NCBI RefSeq assembly: GCF_048593235.1
Contig: NC_133619.1
Span: 612,600,558 to 612,664,557 of the forward strand
DNA length: 64,000 nucleotides
Direction: 5' to 3'
From: Sminthopsis crassicaudata
Taxonomy: Eukaryota
Below, in pieces: positions 47,401-58,617 of this stretch. Positions within the stretch are counted from its first letter, which is position 1. Every line of letters starts with the position of its first letter. A model generated the notes under the pieces. The model was given only the letters and a program-made list of their open reading frames with translations, searched no databases and was not told the origin of the DNA. Made by a program: the position numbers and the translations under genes.

Positions 47401-50400
47401 TTTTGTATAATATTATGACAGGAGCAGGCAGTATTTTTGATAGATAAAAATCCAAGCTATTAGCACTATCACAAATATCAAAGCAATGCTGAGGTTCCAG
47501 TTCTCATCCATCAGGGCAACAAAGAAGAGTAACAACAAGGATAACAAATGAATGCTGAAGGGGCCGCAGGAAAATGGGTACACCAATGCCCTGTAGATGC
47601 AACTGTGACTGGGCTGCCTCTGCTGGCAGGACTGGGAACGATGCCCAAAGAGCTCCTAAACAAAACACATCTCTGACCTAATTATATCATGACTTGGCCC
47701 TTAAGAACAGGGACTGTCTTTTATCTTTCTTTGTATTCCTAGTGCTTAGCACAGCATCTGCACATAGTGGGCCTGGAGTGATTGACTTGGACTATTCCCC
47801 AAAAGGAAAAAAAGAGGTCAAGGACCTGTATGTACAAAAACATGAATAGCAACTCTTTTAGAGCTCTGATCAAAGCAATGATAAATCAGAAGACCAAAAG
47901 ATGGAGGAGGAAACGTGTTACTCCTGCCAAGGAGGAAGTGAACTTAAAAAGAGAGATGGATATTTTTGGATATGACCAATATAGGAACGTTTTGTTGACT
48001 TATTTTATTACTTATTTAAGAAAGGGACAGATAGGGCCTGTATCCCAAAGAGATCATAGAGGGAAAAGGATCCACATGTGCATAAATGTTTCTAGCAGCT
48101 CTTTTTGTAGTGGCAAAGAATTGGAAATTGAGGTGATGCTCTTCAATTGGGGAATGGCTAAATAAGATGAGAGCACCAACTGCTGAGGTGTCAGGAGGAC
48201 CTGAGTTCAAATCCAGCCTCAGGCACTTAATACTGGGCAAGTCACTTAACCTCAATTGCTTGGGGGAAGGGAGGGAATAAACCCAAAAAATTGATCAAAG
48301 GGAAGAAGGTGGTGGAAGAGACAGATTATAAAACTTTTAAAAACATATGAATTTATTCTAAAGAGAATAGATTTTAGGACACCAGGATTCAAGTGTAAAC
48401 TGTTCTACCACTAGCTGTGCGACCATGACCACGTCCCTTATTTCTAGGCTTTGGTTCCTAAATCTTTAAGGCATTTTTTAACTCACAGAATTTTTATGTA
48501 AATGTCAGCTGTAGCTTTCCTATGTCCCATCATATTCTCTCTGCTATCATATTTAGCCTGTGAGCTCTTTTGGAGCTCAGAATATGTCATTTTCCATCTT
48601 TCAATCACTAGTATCCAGCATGTAATAAGCATTTAATAAAAGTCAGTTCAATGAGAAGGAAAGTATAATATGAGATAGAATATTTTTGAGGAACAGAGAT
48701 TTGCAATTCCTGGAGATGAAGACATATATGCTGGCAATGCCCAAGATCAGCAAGAACTGCAGTGTTTACCAGAGAAGGGAACTGGGAACTCAGAACAGAA
48801 GGCCAGCCATTTCTTGTCATATGAAAAAATACTCTAAATTACTCTTTAGAGAAATGCAAATTAAGACAACTCTGAGGTACCACTACACACCTCTCAGATT
48901 GGCTAAAATGACAGGAAAAGATAAAGATGAATATTGGCAGAGAGGTGGGAAAACGAAAACACTAATACACTGTTGGTGGAGTTGTGAATGGATCCAATCA
49001 TTCTGGAGAGCAATTTGGAACTATGCCCCAAAAGTTATCAAACTGTGCTTACCCTGTGATCCAGCAGTGTTTTTACTGGGCCTGTATCCCAAAGAGATCA
49101 TAGAGGGAAAAGGACCCACATGTGCAAGAATGTTTCTAGCAGCTCTTTTTGTAGTGGCAAAGAATCGGAAATTGAGGCGATGCCCTTCAAATGGGGAAAG
49201 GCTAAATAAGTTATGGTATATGAAAGCAATGGGAAATTATTGTTTAAGAAATGATGAATAGAGTGATTTCAAAAAAGTCTGAAAAGACTTACATTTACTT
49301 GATGCTGAGTGAAGCAAGCAGAACCAAAAGAACATTGTACACAGCAACAAGAAGATTATGTTTAGACTCGGCTCCTTTTAATAGTGATGTGATTTAGGCC
49401 AATTCTAAGAGACTTAGGGTGGAAAAAAGCCACCTGAATCCAGAGAACTATGGAGACTGAATGTGGATCAGAGCATGGTACTTTCACCCTCTTTTTGTTA
49501 TTTGTGTTTTTTCTCCTTTTGATCTGACTTTTCTTGCACAGCATGATGAATATGGAAATATGTTTAAAAGAATTGCACATGCTTAACCTATATCAGATTG
49601 TTTGCTATCTTGAAGAGCAAGGAGAAAAATTTGGAACATAGGTTTTGCAAAGGTGAATGGTGAAAGCTATCTTTGCATGTATTTGGAAAAATAAAATACT
49701 GTTTCAAAAACAAACAAAAAGGAGGAGCAACCCTCCCCCTCCCCTAGCTCCCTCCTTACCTGCTGTGCTTCCATGCATTCCTGATGTCCTTCAACTTGCT
49801 GTTCCTCATGTTTGCCACAGAGAAGATGAAAATGTATTTGTACGTGTCCACACATTTTCGAAGCTGTGAGGAAATTCGAGGGGCACGGTGTTAGGCAACT
49901 TAGTCCCCCCATAACATCTGAGCCTGTGACAATGTGTACATAGCTCTCTGCTCCCTACGCGAGGGCTGGGGCCAGCACTGCTGGTAACAGTATCCTGCAA
50001 CACTGCAGCACGTAATAAACACTTGTGGAAATTAATTAGTCAATGTTTTAGGAAAAAATAAGGCTGGGACTTGTTACTGGCCCTGCTGTCTAGACCTGAA
50101 TCCCTATTTCTACAGAGGTTTCTATTCCCTGGGTTTACAACCTGAGTCACAGTCCCCTGTTCTCTTGCTTCCATTAAATCCTGTGTCAGGTCTTTTGTTG
50201 ACTCTAGTCCCTGAAACAGAGCCTGACACCCCCCCCCCAAAAAAAAAACCTTGCACACATAGGCCGCACACCTGAAAATTTTTCTTTCCCACAGAATCCT
50301 CAGCTTTTTTTAAAGAGTGAACTCCAGCTGCTTCCAGACCAAGGCCTCCAGGCTCTTTCCCTGGCCCTGACTGGCCCCTCCCCCTCCCTTTGGCTCAGAC

Positions 50401-51468
50401 TCTGACCCCACCTGGCTCAGAATAAATGTAAACAGACATTGTTTCTATGCTGGCTAGAGAGCCCAGGAGACTGAGGTGGTCTCCCCTCAGGCCTGCTGAT
50501 CCCTCTGGCCAGAGGACCCGGCTCACAGCTCCTGACCCCTACCCTGTGGAACCTTTCCTCACGGCACCAAGACATCCTGTGGGCGGCCCCAGCCCTGAGG
50601 AGCCTAGTTCTTACCCCTCCCCTCCCGCTGCCCTGCCGGCTCTTACCTCCCCTATCAGGTTCTGCTTGAGTTCTAGGCCCTTCTTGGCGGTCTTCGTCAG
50701 GGACACTGCGGAGGAGAGAGCAGCTTAGAGAGGCTTTAGGGCTGGGGAAGGACCAGGGTGCTATGGGTCGGACAGGGGGCCTGGAGCTCGCAGACCCGCT
50801 GTCCCTGGGCCTAAAGCAGGCTGCCAAACCGTGGCCGATGCCTTCATGCAGCAAAGAAACGGGCCTCGGATGGGCTGGACTGGAACTCGGACCCTGAACC
50901 CAGGCAGGGGCCGACTTAATGCAGGCGGGTACACAGCAGGTGATGAATAAAGGCTCACGGGCAAGAACAGCCTCTGGACACGGTCCGGTGTGTCCAGAGC
51001 CGGGCGCCGCGGCGGGCCGGGGATCGCGTCCCTGGCACGGGGCAGATGATGGCTTGCCTCAGTTTCCCCATTTGTAAGCAGCATAAGTCTTACCCAGGGA
51101 TCCCTGGAAGGCGCTCAGCCCAGGGCCCTGCACACGGTAAGCGCCATGTCAAGGCGCTCCCAAGCCCTAACCGCGGACCCACACGCCGGGTCCCAGCACC
51201 GACGGGCGCCGACCTGTGATTCGGGACAAGTGCTGACCCTCTCCATCTCCTCTCCCCCCGTTTTCCTCGGTAGAGGAGGAACGAACGCGATGTTGGCAGA
51301 GAGAGACCCTGCTCCTCCCCAGCCTCAGTTTCCCCAGGTGCAGTACGCAATCCCTGCTCGGGATGGGATGGGGGGGTCTCGGGCTCCCCAGAGAGACCGC
51401 CCCCCGCCCCCAGCTCCGGCCAGCGGCCCTCACAGCTCACCCTTCTTGTCGCGTTTGGACTTAGGCAT
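44329..51468 (-). CDS. MRTO4: mRNA turnover protein 4 homolog (60S biogenesis factor, uL10/P0 paralog); 8 exons, 726 nt, 241 aa
   Basis: Exons 51468-51441, 50705-50647, 49863-49760, 46852-46771, 45803-45736, 45036-44885, 44650-44574, 44484-44329; all GT-AG in phase; [15 protein letters not shown]...acidic tail DSDDD*. Confidence 0.97.
44574..44650 (-). CDS. MRTO4: MRTO4 exon 7 ([25 protein letters not shown])
   Basis: 77 nt; GT-AG. Confidence 0.95.
44885..45036 (-). CDS. MRTO4: MRTO4 exon 6 ([14 protein letters not shown]...PTALKK)
   Basis: 152 nt; GT-AG. Confidence 0.95.
45736..45803 (-). CDS. MRTO4: MRTO4 exon 5 ([22 protein letters not shown])
   Basis: 68 nt; GT-AG. Confidence 0.95.
46771..46852 (-). 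CDS. MRTO4: MRTO4 exon 4 ([14 protein letters not shown]...DNLHQ)
   Basis: 82 nt; GT-AG. Confidence 0.95.
47440..49720 (+). mobile_element. Cluster of L1 3' fragments and SINE/MIR pieces in MRTO4 intron 3
   Basis: ORF 48686-49261 contains [15 protein letters not shown]...IHCWWSC; 3'UTR and A-tail ~49700. Confidence 0.8.
49760..49863 (-). CDS. MRTO4: MRTO4 exon 3 ([34 protein letters not shown])
   Basis: 104 nt; GT-AG. Confidence 0.95.
50647..50705 (-). CDS. MRTO4: MRTO4 exon 2 ([19 protein letters not shown])
   Basis: 59 nt; GT-AG. Confidence 0.95.
51441..51468 (-). CDS. MRTO4: MRTO4 exon 1 coding part (MPKSKRDKK)
   Basis: 28 nt; G|gtgagc donor. Confidence 0.93.
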
Positions 51469-51745
51469 GGTGCTCCCACACGTGCGCCCTCCCGGCTACG
51501 CTTGCGAGGACCTCGGAACCGCGAGGGCTCTTGGGATGCGGGCGGTCCAGGGTGCCTAAGTCTAGTGCCTGATTCCGGCTCCCGGCACTTCCGTGACCTC
51601 GCACAGTAGCGTGCTCGGTCGCCCCGCCTCCGCGCCCACTTCCGGCGTTCGCGCCTGCGCCTTCCTCCTGGCTGAACCTGCAGGGCCGGAAGCGCTGTGC
51701 ATGCCGGGCCGGCGGCGGGCCGGACCCTCAGCCGGTTTCTCCATC
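51469..51745. promoter_or_regulatory. Bidirectional CpG-island promoter MRTO4/EMC1 with ETS (GABP-type) sites
   Basis: 277 bp between divergent ATGs; CACTTCCG 51586-51593, CACTTCCGG 51637-51645, CCGGAAGC 51686-51693. Confidence 0.85.
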
Positions 51746-51840
51746 ATGGCGGCGGCACTTGCCGCCCGGCTCTGGCTCTGGGCCGCGCTTCTGGCCTCGG
51801 CGACGGCCGTGTACGAGGACCAAGTGGGCAAGTTTGATTG
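51746..51840 (+). CDS. EMC1: EMC1 exon 1
   Basis: 95 nt; TG|gtgcgt donor. Confidence 0.95.
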
Positions 51841-54800
51841 GTGCGTATGTAGGGTGAAGGCCCCTCCTGAGGCAAGAGGGGTCTTGCGAGATAGTGGGGG
51901 AACGCAGCTTGTCTTCCCGGTCGCATAACCTCGGGGTCAGGGGTCACCATCCGGGCAACCGGAGGTGCATGGGTCAAAGGTTACTACGGGGATACTCTCC
52001 GTTCCCATTCTCTGGGAATCTGAATCACATAACTCGAGGGTCAGAAGTCACTGACCCGTAGTGAGCTCGCTTCCACACGAACTTGTTCCAGAACTGGTCA
52101 TTCATTCCCATCTCCCCCCTTTCGGGATGTTGGGGATCCTGCGGTTGGCCCTCGTGGGGCTTGGGAGGGGTGACCCTCGTGCTGAGTGAAGCAGGACATG
52201 GCTTAGAGCTGCAGCTGGAGGGCGGCCCCGCAGGCCGGCGCCCATTGTACAGATGAGGAAACTGAGACCCAGAGAAGCCGGGGAATTTGCCCGAGGTCAC
52301 AGAGGCACAGGCGGGGTCTGAACCGGGCTCTGTTGTAACGTTTTCAGTTCTGAAGTTCCCGGGGCTCCCTGTCCCCCACCTCTGACATCCAGGATGATTC
52401 CTTTCCAGTTCCAACCTATCCCAGTCCCTTTTAGCCCCGGTGTTTGTGGTTCTAGGTTCCCTCTGGTTCTGACCTCCCGGGTTCTAAAGGCCCTCCCAGC
52501 TCTGACATCCCGGGTTCTAAGGTTCTCCCAGTCCTGACCTCCCGGGTTCTAAGGGCCCTCCCAGCTCTGACATCCCGGGTTCTAAGGGCCCTCCCAGCTC
52601 TGACCTCCCGGGTTCTAAGGCCCTCCCAGCTCTGACACCCTGGGTTCTAAGGGCCCTGCCAGCTCTGACCTCCTGGGTTCTAGGGGCCCTGCCAGCTCTG
52701 ACCTCCTGGGTTCTAAGGGCTCTCCCAGCTCTGACATCCCGGGTTCTAAGGGCCCTCCCAGCTCTGACATCCCGGGTTCTAAGGTTCTCCCAGTCCTGAC
52801 CTCCCGGGTTCTAAGGGCCCTCCCAGCTCTGACATCCCGGGTTCTAAAGGCCCTCCCAGCTCTGACCTCCCGGGTTCTAAGGGCCCTCCCAGCTCTGACC
52901 TCCCGGGTTCTAAGGGCCCTCCCAGCTCTGACCTCCCGGGTTCTAAGGGCCCTCCCAGCTCTGACCTCCCGGGTTCTAAGGGCCCTCCCAGCTCTGACCT
53001 CCCGGGTTCTAAGGGCCCTCCCAGCTCTGACCTCCCGGGTTCTAAGGGCCCTCCCAGCTCTGACCTCCCGGGTTCTAAGGGCCCTCCCAGCTCTGACACC
53101 CTGGGTTCTAAGGGCCCTCCCATCTCTGACATCCTGGGTTCTAAGGGCCCTCCCAGCCTGACATCCTGGGTTCTAAGAGCCCTCCCAGCTCTGACCTCCT
53201 GGGTTCTAAGGGCCCTCCCAGCTCTGACCTCCCGGGTTCTAAGGGCCCTCTCAGCTCTGACCTCCTGGGTTCTAAGGTTCTCCCAGCTCTGACCTCCTGG
53301 GTTCTAAGGGCCCTCCCAGCTCTGACCTCCCGGGTTCTAAGGGCCCTCCCAGCACTGACCTCCTGGGTTCTAAGGGCCCTCCCAGCTCTGACCTCCTGGG
53401 TTCTAAGGGCCCTCCCAGCTCTGACCTCCTGGGTTCTAAGGTTCTCCCAGCTCTGACATTCCATGTTCTAAGGGCCCTCCCAGCTCCAACATCCTGGGTT
53501 CTAAAGGCCCTCCCAGCTCTGACCTCCTGGGTTCTAAGGACCCTCCCAGCTCTGACCTCCTGGGTTCTAAGGGCCCTCCCAGCTCTGACCTCCCGGGTTC
53601 TAAGGGCCCTCTCAGCTCTGACCTCCTGGGTTCTAAGGTTCTCCCAGCTCTGACCTCCTGGGTTCTAAGGGCCCTCCCAGCTCTGACCTCCCGGGTTCTA
53701 AGGGCCCTCCCAGCACTGACCTCCTGGGTTCTAAGGGCCCTCCCAGCTCTGACCTCCTGGGTTCTAAGGGCCCTCCCAGCTCTGACCTCCTGGGTTCTAA
53801 GGTTCTCCCAGCTCTGACATTCCATGTTCTAAGGGCCCTCCCAGCTCCAACATCCTGGGTTCTAAAGGCCCTCCCAGCTCTGACCTCCTGGGTTCTAAGG
53901 ACCCTCCCAGCTCTGACCTCCTGGGTTCTAAGGACCCTCCCAGCTCTGACCTCCCGGGTTCTAAGGGCCCTCCCAGCTCTGACCTCTCGGGTTCTAAGGG
54001 CCCTCCCAGCTCTGACCTCCAGGGTTCTAAGGGCCCTCCCAGCTCTGACCTCCTGGGTTCTAAGGGCCCTCCCAGCTCTGACCTCCTGGGTTCTAAGGTT
54101 CTCCCAGCTCTGACATTCCATGATCTAAGGGCCCTCCCAGCTCTGACCTCCTGGGTTCTAAGGGCCCTCCCAGCTCTGACCTCCCGGGTTCTAAGGGCCC
54201 TCCCAGCTCTGACATCCCGGGTTCTAAGGTTCTCCCAGTCCTGACCTCCCGGGTTCTAAGGGCCCTCCCAGCTCTGACATCCCGGGTTCTAAGGGCCCTC
54301 CCAGCTCTGACCTCCCGGGTTCTAAGGGCCTTCCCAGCTCTGACCTCCTGGGTTCTAAGGGCCCTCTCAGCTCTGACCTCCTGGGTTCTAAGGTTCTCCC
54401 AGCTCTGACATTCCATGTTCTAAGGGCCCTCCCAGCTCTGACCTCCCGGGTTCTAAGGGCCCTCCCAGCTCTGACCTCCTGGGTTCTAAGGGACCTCCCA
54501 GCTCTGACCTCCCGGGTTCTAAGGGCCCTCCCAGCTCTGACCTCCCGGGTTCTAAGGGCCTTCCCAGCTCTGACCTCCCGGGTTCTAAGGGACCTCCCAG
54601 CTCTGACCTCCCGGGTTCTAAGGGACCTCCCAGCTCTGACCTCCCGGGTTCTAAGGGCCCTCCCAGCTCTGACCTCCCGGGTTCTAAGGGCCCTCCCAGC
54701 TCTGACCTCCCGGGTTCTAAGGGCCCTCCCAGCTCTGAGCTCCCTGGTTCTAAGGGCCCTCCCAGCTCTGACCTCCCGGGTTCTAAGGGCCCTCCCAGCT

Positions 54801-57800
54801 CTGACCTCCCGGGTTCTAAGGGCCCTCCCAGCTCTGACCTCCCTGGTTCTAAGGGCCCTCCCAGCTCTGACCTCCTGGGTTCTAAGGGCCCTCCCAGCTC
54901 TAACCTCCTGGGTTCTAAGGGCCCTCCCAGCTCTGACCTCCCATGTTCTAAGGGCCCTCCCAGCTCTGACACCCTGGGTTATAAGGGCCCTCCCAGCTCT
55001 GACCTCCCGGGTTCTAAGGGCCCTCCCAGCTCTGTCACCCTGGGTTATAAGGGCCCTCCCAGCTCTGACCTCCTGGGTTCTAAGGGCCCTCCCAGCTCTA
55101 ACCTCCTGGGTTCTAAGGGCCCTCCCAGCTCTGACCTCCCGGGTTCTAAGGGCCCTCCCAGCTCTGACACCCTGGGTTATAAGGGCCCTCCCAGCTCTGA
55201 CCTCCTGGGTTCTAAGGGCCCTCCCAGCTCTAACCTCCCGGGTTCTAAGGGCCCTCCCAGCTCTGACCTCCCGGGTTCTAAGGACCCTCCCAGCTCTGAC
55301 CTCCTCGGTTCTAAAGGCCCTCCCAGCTCTGAGCTCCCGGGTTCTAAGGGCCCTCCCAGCTCTGACCTCCTGGGTTCTAAGGGCCCTCCCAGTTCTGACC
55401 TCCTGGGTTCTAAGGGCCCTCCCAGCTCTGACCTCCTGGGTTCTAAGGCCCTCCCAGCTCTGACCTCCCGGGTTCTAAGGGCCCTCCCAGCTCTGACATC
55501 CCGGGTTCTAAGGCCCTCCCAGCTCTGACCTCCCAGGTTCCAAGGGCCCTCCCAGCTCTGACATCCCAGGTTCTAAGAGACCTCCCAGCTCTGACATCCC
55601 ATGTTCTAAGAGCCAGAAGTAAATGGAATTGTATTCCACAATTGGGACTAATCTGCAGAGGCATAGACAGGAAAAGGAGTATCGGGCAGATAGAGTAGTT
55701 TGGTTAGAATATATTGTGCATAAAGGGAAGTGATGTGTTGGAAATATGGGAAAGGTAATCTAACTCAACAGAGGGTCACCTACAGAGGAGCATCTCGAGG
55801 ACCTTGATACATTCTCTTTCCATTTGGACTTTACTATGTAGGGTATTTTTGATGACAATCGTGAACCCTTAGGAAGCATTTGCTTTTGTCATCTTACTGA
55901 TGGAGAAAACAATCCTTATGGCTGCATTTTATCCCTACTAAATTCAGTGCTTTTTTTTAATATCAAGAAATAGTAAACACAACAGGATCTCGTGTTCTGT
56001 GTACCTGTCAGTCATTTATGTGAATGAAGATGTTGTTTGCTGTAGAAAATGGCTTGTGAAAATCTTCCTTATTCTTTTTCCTATTGTCATCAAGAATGCC
56101 CTCCAAAAAAATAATAATGATAATTCTCAAAAATAATTGTATAACCATGAAAAAGGTATGAAGGTTGCTAGTCTTTGCTGCCTTATCATCAACCTTATCT
56201 GCAAGGTTGCTGTCTGTCCCTGATTTTTTCTCATTTATTTCCTGTCTGCTTTTTCAAAGTCAACTTTTGAATTCTAAATTCTATCCCTTCCTTTCTTTCC
56301 CCCCATATTGAGAAGGCAAGCAATTTGAATAGGTTTTACAAATGTAGTCATGTAAAACACATTTGCGCAAAAGTCACGTGAGCTTTTTCTTTTGTTTTTA
56401 AAGAATCTTGAGGTATTCTTGACTTTGTTGGGTTTCTCTCCAAGCTTTCTGAACATTTTACTTTCTATTACTTTTCTCCTCTTTCATGAAGCAAGTCTAC
56501 TTGAAATCTTTCACACGCTATATTCTTTCATAATATTTTGCAAATGAGTTTCTATCTTACACTATTGTTGCCCCACATGTTTGTACTTAGCAAAGTGTGT
56601 AAGATTACAAAGAATCAAATTGTGTTAGAATAGATTTATAAAAATATTAAAAAAAAAATCCGTGGGTCCTAGATTAAGAATTATTCCAATCAAGTAAAAT
56701 GACAGGAAACATTCCAAATCTATAGATGCTTGCCAAAAAAATTCTCAGCTTTTTGGCCTTCTTGTGATTTCTTTAATTAGTTAAAGAAGTTCCTTAAACT
56801 TCTCTAAGAAATCATCTTGGTTTATATCATTGTGGTTTCCTTTACTTCCCATTTTTTGGCATCAGTCGCTTGTTTGATAACATCTGGACTTTGTACTTAT
56901 GAATGAGTGGTGGTATTACATATAGCTGATTCAGAAATTACTACATTGCCTTCCATTTATTTAATATGTAAACCTTGTAGGGGTATGATCTTGGTCTATG
57001 CTTTAATTAAGTTTGTAGTGTTGTGATGCAGTTGGTCATAATTTTACTCTTATAATAAAGAAAAATAGTTAAACAGAAACATTATACTGTGAACCTGTCT
57101 TGCTTTGTATATATAGTCAATAAAGATTTATTAAGCTCCTGTTATGTGCCAGGTAGCATGCTAAGAGCTGGGGATATAAAATATGAAAGAACTTAAAATA
57201 TAATGGGGAAGAAGGCATACCGCAGGAAGCTGGAAATGGAACAGGAATTGGGGTGGAGAGGGAACATGGAAGAAAAGTCAGAGAAGTCCCAGAGTTGTAC
57301 AGCCAGAGCAGAAATGAGGAGTCCTGTTCTTCCTAAATAGGTCACTACTCTTCTGAGTAGTGTTTCTCCATGACTAAAATAACTCGTGACTTCAGAATTT
57401 AGGTTTCTTTTAGTGCCCTTTTCATGTACATTCTTGTATGATATGGTCATTGTGTATGTTCTTTTGACTCTCCTTTCATTGTCACTTGAATGTGTATCTT
57501 TCAGTGTCTCTCAGAATTTCTCTTAGAGTTATTACTAACAGTTAGTAATCCATTATTTTAGGGAAGAACTGGAAACAAAATAGATGCCCATTGATTGGGG
57601 AATGGCTAACCAAGTAATGGTACACAAATGTACAGTGATGGGATAGCATTGTGTTGTAAGAAATGATGAGTAAGGCAAAATAAGCATGGGAAGGCTTCTA
57701 AACTCATGCAAAGTGAAGTCAGCAGAACCAGAAAAAAATGTGTGCATAGCTACCACAACAATGTAAATGGAACAACAACACAGTGATTGAAACTAAGTGA

Positions 57801-58579
57801 TAAGAAGTAGTAGTAACCAAATTTGCTGCAAAGAGGAGAGATGAGAAGGCAGTTCCTTCCTTCACTTCTTTGTAGAGGTTGGAGGGCCAAGCCATGGAAC
57901 TTAGCAACTTCTGTCAGACTTTTTTTCTGCATTAGTTAATTTTGCTGAACTTTTCCCTCTTTTTTAATTATGTTATTTTTTTTTAAAAATTGTTAGCAAA
58001 CAATGTACACATGTAGTGAGTAGGAAGTGAGGTAAAAAAAATATGCATTTAAAAGTTTATTTTAAAAATATTTCATTATGTTCATATGTATTTGGTGTCT
58101 TAAAAAAAAAAAAAGAATTTTGCGTTCTCTTAGATGGATTCTTATGTTTTCCTGTCTCTCTATAATAAAGTTATTACTTAATTACTTTACCATAGTGTTG
58201 AAGTGACCTTGAGTTCTCATCATTGTGCCAGTGGAGGGCAGGCAAGCCCTGACAAGTCTTTTCAAGCTAGAAATCCTTTGGCTGCAGGAGATGAATTTTT
58301 TGGACATAGCAACTTCTGAACACTACCTACTAATCTTGAGAAGACATAAGTCTCGGAAGAAAGCCAAAATAACATATCATTGAAGTTCAATACAGAACTT
58401 CAGAACAGAAATACAGAATATTTATTTTTTAAATTTTTTTTAGCAAGAAAAGATTGTTCTCTCTATTTTATAGGTAGAGAAATTGAGGCCTATAAAAAAA
58501 TGGGATAATGAGAAGAGTGATGGACTTGGAGCAAAAGAGACTTTTGTTCTGCCTTTGACACTTCCCATCAAGTGAACTT

Positions 58580-58617
<38 letters not shown>

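Noticed and set aside
52779-54972. Long repeat ORFs ([22 protein letters not shown]) here and at 9120-9763 and 37131-38153 as independent genes
   Set aside because: The 33-nt unit has a stop in only one of three frames per strand, so long ORFs are automatic; there is no promoter or exon structure.
52440-55610. CRISPR-like array (33-bp repeats)
   Set aside because: Units are directly adjacent with no unique spacers, there are no cas genes, and the context is a mammalian intron.
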